Below are positions 57,039 through 64,000 of a stretch of DNA of 64,000 nt, one piece after another. The DNA lies in the NCBI GenBank assembly GCA_965650035.1, contig CBFGMR010000010.1, forward strand, positions 2,593 through 66,592, written 5' to 3'. The first letter of the stretch is position 1. The number at the start of each line of letters is the position of its first letter. This DNA comes from an uncultured Pseudoxanthomonas sp. Its GTDB lineage: Bacteria; Pseudomonadota; Gammaproteobacteria; Xanthomonadales; Xanthomonadaceae. The notes beneath the pieces are model-generated. The model made no database searches and was not told the origin of the DNA. It saw only the letters and a program-made list of their open reading frames with translations. Both the position numbers and the translations under genes were made by a program.

Positions 57039-57656
57039 TCAGTCGTGCGTTTCCCCGGACAAGGGAGTCGCGCGCATCGATGCTCTCTCCTGAAACGCGT
57101 CGACCCACGCCGCCAAACGCGGACGCCCGGCCCGGAAGTCCGGAAGCTCGCGGAACTCCAACCAGCTCAAGGTCGTCGCCAGCGCGATATGCCCCACGTG
57201 GACCGGGGAGTCGGCATCCAGCTCCCGCTCCAACCAGTCATAGCTGGTCGTCAGCTTTTCCACATAGCCATCGCGCAACGGCGCGTAGCGCAACGGCTCC
57301 GGGCGGCGCACCGTTTCCCAGCGCACCGCGATGCCGGCATCGGCCATGCCTTGCGCAATGGCCTGAACCTTCAGCGCCTGCCATCGTGTTTCCCCATGGC
57401 CCGGTATCAGCGCGGGCCCGTCATGCAAGGTGTCCAGGTAAGCGCAGATGACGTCCGAGTCGAAGATCGGCGCCATGCCCGGGCGTAAAAGCACCGGAAC
57501 TTTTCCCAATGGATTCTCGCCGAACACCTGCTCGTTTCGCTGGGTCGGGCTTGTTTCATGATGCACGACCTCGATCCGGCCGGCGATTCCGGCCTCATGA
57601 GCGAACACGAGTGCTTTACGCGCATACGGAGAATGGGTCTGGTACAGGAGCTTCAT
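57039..57656 (-). CDS. Glutathione S-transferase family protein
   Basis: SPYARK, NPLGKVPVL, FDSDVICAYLD. Confidence 0.92.
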   Translation of the reverse strand: MKLLYQTHSPYARKALVFAHEAGIAGRIEVVHHETSPTQRNEQVFGENPLGKVPVLLRPGMAPIFDSDVICAYLDTLHDGPALIPGHGETRWQALKVQAIAQGMADAGIAVRWETVRRPEPLRYAPLRDGYVEKLTTSYDWLERELDADSPVHVGHIALATTLSWLEFRELPDFRAGRPRLAAWVDAFQERASMRATPLSGETHD

Positions 57657-57678
57657 AGGTCTCTCTTGGATGGATCAT

Positions 57679-57748
57679 GCTTTGAAAGGGCGGCTTTGAA
57701 AGGGCGGCTTTGAAAGGGCGGCTTTGGAAGGGCGGCTTTGGAAGGGCC
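57679..57748. repeat. 14-bp tandem repeat x5 (VNTR)
   Basis: GCTTTGAAAGGGCG x3, GCTTTGGAAGGGCG, GCTTTGGAAGGGCC, no spacers. Confidence 0.9.
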
Positions 57749-57751
57749 GGG

Positions 57752-59170
57752 TCATTCCGAAGATACAGTCGCCGCTTCATGAAGAAGATGCGCCACCACC
57801 GCCGTGATCCGCTTGGCGGTCGGCAGGTGCAGGAACTCGTTCGGACCATGGGCATTGGACTGCGGCCCCAGTACGCCGGTAACCACGAACTGCGCGTCCG
57901 GGAAGCGCTCACCCAGCATCGCCAGGAAGGGTATTCCCCCACCTCCTCCGATCAGCGCGGCAGGATATCCGAACGCGTTGCGTGAGGCCGTGTCCAGGCT
58001 GGCCTGCAACCAAGGCTTCATCGGACGCGCATTCCAGCCCTTCGATGCCTGATCGATCTGGAAAGTCACTTCGCTGCCATACGGAGGATCTGTCTCCAGC
58101 AGCGATTTCATACGGTGGGCCGCCGCGTCGGGATCGACGGTCGGCGGCAATCGCAGACTGAGCTTGAGCGCTGTAGCCGGCTGCATGACTGCCGCGGCAT
58201 CGATCACGGCCGGCAGACCGTCCAGGCCGGTGACGGCGAGTTGAGGACGCCATGTCCGATTCAAGGCGAGTTCGGCGAGGTCGTCGGTCACCGGACGCGC
58301 GTCGGGCACAAACGGCAGCAGGCCGAACAGGCCGTCGCCCAATGCAGTGGCCGCAGCGCCTGCCTGCAGCATCCTTGCCTCTGGTATGAGGGTATGGAAG
58401 TCCGCTACGACCTCTCCTGTTTGCGGATTTTCGAGCCGCGACAGCAGATGGCGGGCAATCCGGAAACTCGCCGGCACAATGCCCGACGCCTCGCCCGAAT
58501 GTATGCCTTCCCGCAGCACCCGGACCGTCAACGTGCCGGCGGCTTGCCCGCGCAAGGAGGTGGTCAGCCAAAGTTGGTCGTAATTTCCGCAGCCCGCATC
58601 GAGCGCCACGATCACCGCCGGGACGCCGAGCCGGAGAGCCAGATGCTCCACGTAGTACGGTAGGTCGGCGCTGCCGGACTCCTCGCATGCCTCGATCATG
58701 AGGATGCAGCGAGCATGCGGCAGATTCTGCTCGCGTAATGCCAGCAGGGCGGTGATCGCGCTGAACAGAGCATAGCCATCGTCGGCTCCACCACGGCCAT
58801 ACAGCCGGTCGCCTTCCAGGTTCGGCATCCATGCGCTTCGGCCCGCGCTCCACCCGTCCATCGCAGGCTGCTTGTCGAGATGGCCGTAAATCAGCACCGG
58901 CGCTCGCACCTCGCCGGGTACGTCCACCAGAAGCAGCGGCGTGCGCCCGGGCAGACGGACGACTTCGACCGTAGCGCCCGTTAACGCATCGATTCGCGCA
59001 CGCATCCATTCGACCATCAGCTCCACTGCCTGGTCCATGTGCCCGCTGCCGGCCCAATCCGGATCGAACGCGGGCGATTCGCAGGGGATGGCGATGTATT
59101 CAAGCAACGCGGGCATGACGTCGGTCTCCCACGTATGCTCGACGAAGCCCCTGAGACGATTGAGATCCAC
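57752..59170 (-). CDS. M20/M25/M40 metallo-hydrolase (dipeptidase-like)
   Basis: YGHLDKQP, GRGGADDG, EACEESGS, HSG, NAHGPNE; GTG start inferred. Confidence 0.92.
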   Translation of the reverse strand: MDLNRLRGFVEHTWETDVMPALLEYIAIPCESPAFDPDWAGSGHMDQAVELMVEWMRARIDALTGATVEVVRLPGRTPLLLVDVPGEVRAPVLIYGHLDKQPAMDGWSAGRSAWMPNLEGDRLYGRGGADDGYALFSAITALLALREQNLPHARCILMIEACEESGSADLPYYVEHLALRLGVPAVIVALDAGCGNYDQLWLTTSLRGQAAGTLTVRVLREGIHSGEASGIVPASFRIARHLLSRLENPQTGEVVADFHTLIPEARMLQAGAAATALGDGLFGLLPFVPDARPVTDDLAELALNRTWRPQLAVTGLDGLPAVIDAAAVMQPATALKLSLRLPPTVDPDAAAHRMKSLLETDPPYGSEVTFQIDQASKGWNARPMKPWLQASLDTASRNAFGYPAALIGGGGGIPFLAMLGERFPDAQFVVTGVLGPQSNAHGPNEFLHLPTAKRITAVVAHLLHEAATVSSE

Positions 59171-59285
59171 TAGCCGGCCTCCAGATGGAAACTGGAATGC
59201 TAGGGGCACAAGCGCGGTTGTTTCGCGCGATTTCCGGTCCTGTTTTGCGGTTTTTCCCCGATCGCCAAAGGTAGAGTGCGTTGCA

Positions 59286-59759
59286 ATGGAACTAGACCGC
59301 TTCGACCGCCAGCTGCTCAACCTGATCCAGGAGGACGCGTCCCGCACCGCGGAGCAATTGGCCGAACAGGTGCACCTCTCGCCTTCTGCGGTACAGCGGC
59401 GCCTGCGCCGCATGCGCGCGCAGGGGGTTATCGCCCGGGAAACCGTGATCCTGGATCCCAACAAGATCGGCCGCCCCACTTTCTTCGTCGTCTCGCTGCA
59501 AGTCGAGCGGGAGCGGCCCGAGCTCCTGTCGCAACTGCGCGTGTGGCTGACCGCGCAGGACCATATCCAGCAGGCTTTCTATGTGACCGGGGAAGCCGAC
59601 TTCGTCTTGATCATCACCGCGCCCGATACCGAGACCTACGACGCGCTCATGTCGCGCCTGGTCAGCGAGAACCCCAACGTGCATCGCTTTACGACCAATG
59701 TCGCGCTTGGCGTGGTCAAGCGTGGGCTGACCATTCCTGTGCCGCTCGATGTCGACTAG
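59286..59759 (+). CDS. Lrp/AsnC family regulator
   Basis: LDRFDRQLLNLIQED, HLSPSAVQRRLRRM, YVTGEADF. Confidence 0.93.
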   Translation: MELDRFDRQLLNLIQEDASRTAEQLAEQVHLSPSAVQRRLRRMRAQGVIARETVILDPNKIGRPTFFVVSLQVERERPELLSQLRVWLTAQDHIQQAFYVTGEADFVLIITAPDTETYDALMSRLVSENPNVHRFTTNVALGVVKRGLTIPVPLDVD

Positions 59760-59863
59760 CGCCGGCTGATCCAGCGGCGGCCTTCCGTGGATGCGCCGTT
59801 TGCCTGCATCGACGGCGCGCCGATTGCGGCCATTCGGCACGGCCTGTCGGCAACACTGGCCGC

Positions 59864-60916
59864 ATGAACGACCTCTCACCCGATCTGCCTGAAATCCACC
59901 GCCTGTGGCCGGACTATCGCCCCACTCCATTGATCGATCTGCCCGAGCTTGCGCGCATGGCGGAAGTGGGACGCGTCCTGGTGAAAGTCGAGGCGGCGCG
60001 TCCCCTTGGCAACTTCAAGGTGCTGGGAGGAATGGTCGCGGGGTTACGGGCGCTTGCGCGATACGCCAGCGTCGAGTTGGCGGATCTGCTCGATAGCCGG
60101 TCTTCGCAGGCGTCACTGCCGCGGCTTATCTGCGCCAGCGACGGCAATCATGGCTTGGCCGTAGCTGCCGCGGCGCAACGGGTTGGCGCCCAGGCTTCGA
60201 TCTTTCTGCCGGTAAGCGTCAGCCCCGCACGCGCACGCCGCATCGAAGCCTGCGGTGGCGAGATCGTCTGGGTGCGCGGAACCTATGACGACGCCGTGGG
60301 CGCAGCCGCGGCAACCGCGGCGCTCGGCGGCAGTTTGTTGATCGCGGACACCAGCGCCGATCCAAACGACCCGGTGATCAGGGACGTAATGGCCGGCTAC
60401 GCGTTGATGGCACAGGAGCTTGGTTCGCAGTTTCGGGACGACATCAGAGACTCCCCCAGCCATTTATTCGTTCAAGCCGGCGTGGGTGGACTCGCGGCCG
60501 CGTTGGCGGATGGGTTGAAGGAAGTGATGCGGGCACCAGGCCGAGTCGTGGTGGTTGAACCGGAATCGGCCGCGTGCGTGACGCGGGGCCTGGCCCTTGG
60601 ACGTCCGGAGCGCGTACCGGGCGATCTGGGCACGTCGGCCGAGATGCTGTCGTGCGGCGTCGCTTCGGCTACGGCGCTGGAAATTCTGCGCCGGCACAAT
60701 GTGGGAACCGTGCTGGTCGGGGAGCACGGATTGAATAATGCGAAGGATATTCTTCTACATACCGGCGGGCCTCAGACCACGGAGTCGGGAGCGGCGGGCC
60801 TGGCAGGGTTGCTTCGTGTCGCACGAGACCCACATCTGCGCTCGCTTTACGAACTGACCGTAACGAGCCGCGTATTGCTGGTGGCGACAGAAGGGCCTTC
60901 ACCACAGACCGCATAG
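59864..60916 (+). CDS. Diaminopropionate ammonia-lyase-like PLP enzyme (fold type II)
   Basis: YRPTPL, GNFKVLGG (PLP Lys), ASDGNHG, QAGVGGLA. Confidence 0.82.
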   Translation: MNDLSPDLPEIHRLWPDYRPTPLIDLPELARMAEVGRVLVKVEAARPLGNFKVLGGMVAGLRALARYASVELADLLDSRSSQASLPRLICASDGNHGLAVAAAAQRVGAQASIFLPVSVSPARARRIEACGGEIVWVRGTYDDAVGAAAATAALGGSLLIADTSADPNDPVIRDVMAGYALMAQELGSQFRDDIRDSPSHLFVQAGVGGLAAALADGLKEVMRAPGRVVVVEPESAACVTRGLALGRPERVPGDLGTSAEMLSCGVASATALEILRRHNVGTVLVGEHGLNNAKDILLHTGGPQTTESGAAGLAGLLRVARDPHLRSLYELTVTSRVLLVATEGPSPQTA

Positions 60917-60973
60917 GGTGAGTGTTGACCCGCCAGCCGGGAGTTGGGCAGGTGTGCAGCCATTAAAATGGTT

Positions 60974-61378
60974 TTAACCCACCTTACGCAGGTTGTTGTC
61001 GAAAGCGGCTTGCAGAGCCACGCTGTCGCCCACAAGCGCGCCACGCATTCGCTCTTCGGTCAACGGCCGTATGACCCAGGCAAACCGGGCTCGCCATGCG
61101 CTCTCCAAGTTTGCGATGGCGACGAAATAGGACGGTCCCGGTCCCACGCAATAGAAGAAGCCGGTCGTCGGAGAGGCTCCAAGATCCTGTCCCGTACTCT
61201 CCAGGACTTCCTTCACCACCCGCATCTTGGCCCCTGTTACCGATCCTTCCGGAGTCTGGAAGACGAGCGCAGCGAATGAGTCGCGCATGGATCGGTTCGC
61301 TTTCAGACTGAAGTAGAGTGCCACCGCCAAGACGGCCGCGAATGCGGACCAGAACACCGCCGTGAAGAATGAGTCCAT
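60974..61378 (-). CDS. Hypothetical single-TM protein
   Basis: N-terminal TM; 134-codon ORF; no family recognised. Confidence 0.6.
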   Translation of the reverse strand: MDSFFTAVFWSAFAAVLAVALYFSLKANRSMRDSFAALVFQTPEGSVTGAKMRVVKEVLESTGQDLGASPTTGFFYCVGPGPSYFVAIANLESAWRARFAWVIRPLTEERMRGALVGDSVALQAAFDNNLRKVG

Positions 61379-61670
61379 CGATCAGCGCCAAGAGGGGTGG
61401 AAAGGCAGTTTACCGTTGGTGGTCTCGTTATTTCGCGGCACCCACGGTCCGAACCACGTTGTGTCCGAGTCTGATGAATATCCAGTTGCCTGCAAGCGAT
61501 CCGTGTAGACCATCCCCGGCGGTCAATCGCGGTACTCGACGCCGCACGAATGCTTCGAGCCCAAGGGCCCCCTTGCCCTCTAGGAACACGTACTTCGACC
61601 CTGTTCTCCGCCGTCCTTTGCGTCACGCGTGTGACATAAGCGATTCCTAGACTCCCGCATAGCGGGTGGC

Positions 61671-62126
61671 ATGGGCCACGACGGGACCTCCGACATCGAA
61701 ATTTTCCTGTGGAGCGTGTTCGCCATAGTAATGGGCTCAGTCCTGGTGGCCGGCGTGTCGGTGGTGATCGTCGCCACGCGCGAGAACCGCATCTATTCCG
61801 CCGAAGCCAATATCTGGCGGCGCCTTGAATACAGCGGCGTTCCGATTCAAGCCGAGATCGAGTCGCTCAAACGCTCGGAGCATGGATTGACGCGCGGCGG
61901 CACGCATGGCCAGAAGGTGCATGCGGTCGAACTCTCGCTAAAGGTATTCGAGGACGCAGGCTCTTCGTACTCCGCAGCGGTGCGCACGCTCATCGATGAT
62001 GCGCTGCTGCCGCAGTTCTGCGTAGCCGGTACCCAGGTGCATCTTCTGCGCGATCCCGGCGATGCGTCCATCCTGGCGGTAAACCGTGCGCGTACGCCGC
62101 TTGAGATTCCATCTGCCGGCAGCTGA
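61671..62126 (+). CDS. Hypothetical single-TM protein with OB-like C-domain
   Basis: TM IFLWSVFAIVMGSVLVAGVSVVIV; beta-rich C-terminus ending in V.LLRDP.D. Confidence 0.6.
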   Translation: MGHDGTSDIEIFLWSVFAIVMGSVLVAGVSVVIVATRENRIYSAEANIWRRLEYSGVPIQAEIESLKRSEHGLTRGGTHGQKVHAVELSLKVFEDAGSSYSAAVRTLIDDALLPQFCVAGTQVHLLRDPGDASILAVNRARTPLEIPSAGS

Positions 62127-62298
62127 TCGCGGGTGGAGGAATCGTGGGGAAGACGACGCAGCGGCGTCGATGACGCTTTCGTTCCGTGAAACGCGATTTC
62201 TCGTCAGCATACGGGTTCTTAACGATGGCGGGAGTAAGACTTCGATCCCGCAACATCGCGTCCGGAAAATTATTTCCGCAATCTGGAAAGGGATCGGC

Positions 62299-62793
62299 AT
62301 GAACGACAGTCAGCTCAAACAGCCGCCGGTTGCAAAGACGGGCATGCTTATCCGCAAGCCTGTTGCCGAAGTGTTTGCGGCTTTCATCGACCCGGAGGTC
62401 ACGACCAGATTCTGGTTCACCAGGAGCAGTGGCCGACTTGAAGCGGGCAAACAGGTCAAATGGGAATGGGAGATGTATGGTGCGTCGACGCAAGTGGCGG
62501 TCAAGGCGATCGAGCCCGACAAGCGCATCGTCATCGAGTGGGACGGTTATAGCGGCCGCACCACCGTGGAATGGAAGTTCGCGCCGCAATCAGGTGGCAC
62601 GACTTTCGTCAGCATCGCCGAATCCGGCTGGACCGGCGACGCCGACGAGCTTGTTCAGTATGTGTCCAGTGCAGGCCAAGGATTCACATGGACGCTGGCG
62701 GGCCTCAAAGCGCTTCTTGAGCACGGCATCGAGTTGAATCTGGTAGCGGATCGTTTTCCGAACGGGCCGCAGGATCCGTATCCCGATCAATGA
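62299..62793 (+). CDS. SRPBCC family protein (YndB-like)
   Basis: MLIRKPVAEVFAAFIDP..TTRFWFT.SSGRL, GFTWTLAGLKALLEHGI. Confidence 0.9.
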   Translation: MNDSQLKQPPVAKTGMLIRKPVAEVFAAFIDPEVTTRFWFTRSSGRLEAGKQVKWEWEMYGASTQVAVKAIEPDKRIVIEWDGYSGRTTVEWKFAPQSGGTTFVSIAESGWTGDADELVQYVSSAGQGFTWTLAGLKALLEHGIELNLVADRFPNGPQDPYPDQ

Positions 62794-62805
62794 TCGTGAT
62801 GGAGC

Positions 62806-62834
62806 GCTGGGTTGGTGAAGCCAACCCAGCCTAC
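62806..62834 (-). repeat. GTAG-type REP singlet / hairpin between convergent genes
   Basis: Minus strand GTAG-GCTGGGTTGG-CTTCA-CCAACCCAGC, perfect 10-bp stem. Confidence 0.6.
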
Positions 62835-62839
62835 GGTCC

Positions 62840-63376
62840 TTACCGCAGCCTCACCGCCGGAAAATCCACGGGCACCGAGAACGCGACGTTGACGTAGTTC
62901 GTGAACAGATTGAGCGCCACATGCGCCAGGATCTCGACGGTCTCTTCGTCGCCGTAGCCGGCAGAGCGCAACGCCTGCACATCGGCATCGGCGATCTGGC
63001 CCCGGTTTTCAACCACAGCGAGCGCGAAAGCGAGCGCAGCGGCGGTCTTGGGATCTTCGGATTTTCCTTCCTGGGCGGCCGTCATCTCCCGGCTTTCCGC
63101 ACCCGCCTTGCGGCCAAGCGCCGTATGCGCGGCAAGGCAGTATTCGCACGAATTGCGATTCGCAATGGCCACCGCGATCTGTTCGCCGAGTTTGGCGGGA
63201 ATCACGCCGGCGCCCAGAGCGGCAAATGAGCCCCACATGCTCTTCAAAGCAGCGGGAGAGTTGGCGACCGTCTTGAACATGTTCGGCGTGGCGCCGAAGG
63301 CTGCGTGGATGTCCGACAAGATGGCTTTGCGATCGGCGGTAGTGTCGTTTGGATTGACGAGAGGGATACGGGACAT
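62840..63376 (-). CDS. AhpD/carboxymuconolactone decarboxylase family peroxidase-related protein
   Basis: PNMFKTVANSP, EQIAVAIANRNSCEYCLAAH (CxxC), NYVN. Confidence 0.9.
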   Translation of the reverse strand: MSRIPLVNPNDTTADRKAILSDIHAAFGATPNMFKTVANSPAALKSMWGSFAALGAGVIPAKLGEQIAVAIANRNSCEYCLAAHTALGRKAGAESREMTAAQEGKSEDPKTAAALAFALAVVENRGQIADADVQALRSAGYGDEETVEILAHVALNLFTNYVNVAFSVPVDFPAVRLR

Positions 63377-63490
63377 GCTGATGGCTCCAGTTGGGATAGG
63401 GGCGCTCGGTGAGCGCCTGATTGCCATCTTAGGGAGCCAGTTAGGACTTTAAGTTGTGTTTTGTCTTTAAAACATGTCTAATCGTCCCGC

Positions 63491-64000
63491 ATGAAGCCAG
63501 CCACGCCTGCGCGCCCCCTACAGTCAATCGATCGCCTGACCTCTCTGCTGGACAGGTTTCGGGTAAGAGCATCGCTGTTCCATACGGGGCCATTGTGCGG
63601 ACTCCGCGTTTTCGAAGAAGCGCCAGGCCAGGCTTTCATGCATGTGCTACGGCGCGGCGAAATGGAAGTGCGTCATCAAGGTGCGCAAGGTCTGGTGCGA
63701 ACGCATCTTGTGCGTCCAACGCTGTTGCTGCTCCCCAGACCCGTCTATCACGAACTCGTCAATCCGCCGGTCGATGGGCCCGACTTCACATGCGCCACGC
63801 TGGATTTCGATGGAGGAGACCGGAACCCTATCGTGCAGTCTCTTCCGCCGGCAGTGCTGATCCCTCTGGATGAGATGGAGGGAATAGAACCCACCCTTGC
63901 GTTGCTGTTCTCCGAGGCCGACAGAACACGTTGCGGGTCACGGCTTCTGGTCGATCGACTTTTTGAGGTCGTGTTGATACAGGTCTTGCGGTGGATCATC
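63491..64000 (+). CDS. AraC-family regulator with cupin sensor (RclR-like), truncated by window end
   Basis: Manual translation: IDRLTSLLDRFRVRASLFHTGPLCG...CATLDF...EADRTRCGSRLLVDRLFEVVLIQVLRWII; no stop in window. Confidence 0.85.
   Translation, partial: MKPATPARPLQSIDRLTSLLDRFRVRASLFHTGPLCGLRVFEEAPGQAFMHVLRRGEMEVRHQGAQGLVRTHLVRPTLLLLPRPVYHELVNPPVDGPDFTCATLDFDGGDRNPIVQSLPPAVLIPLDEMEGIEPTLALLFSEADRTRCGSRLLVDRLFEVVLIQVLRWII

Noticed and set aside
57679-57748. Possible CRISPR array
   Set aside because: Units are 14 bp, contiguous, with no spacers and no cas genes.
61379-61670. Possible small gene or remnant in the intergenic gap
   Set aside because: Open frames lack RBS and recognisable motifs.

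Overview
GC-rich Xanthomonadaceae chromosome segment, most consistent with a Lysobacter-like organism (inferred from gene content and PhoP/VirB7 resemblance, not from a search). The centrepiece (about 5.2-27.9 kb, all minus strand) is a Xanthomonadales-type bacteria-killing type IV secretion locus, virB7-8-9-10-11-1-2-3-4-5-6, with no virD4 beside it. An AT-richer effector/immunity array follows it. The array holds three intact DUF4189 immunity-like genes and one headless in-frame remnant. It also holds two peptidoglycan-attacking XVIPCD effectors (VgrG3-like muramidase; SLT plus NlpC/P60), each preceded by a lipoprotein with a near-identical N-terminus. It ends in a distal lipoprotein / DUF2235 lipase / coiled-coil membrane protein module whose lipase has a non-XVIPCD tail. 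Left flank: MtfA-like peptidase, phoPQ and an amidinotransferase-fold gene. Right flank: GH13, a secreted cyanophycinase-like enzyme, a TonB receptor/GH30/LacI glycan locus with a perfect operator, a second TonB receptor, and many small detox/stress genes (SRPBCC x3, GST x2, VOC, GFA, MFS, AhpD with an RclR-like AraC). REP-like inverted repeats and a 14-bp VNTR are present. No rRNA, tRNA, CRISPR array, integrase or transposase was seen. All family calls are from motif recognition by eye; start codons were adjusted manually where an RBS or signal peptide indicated.
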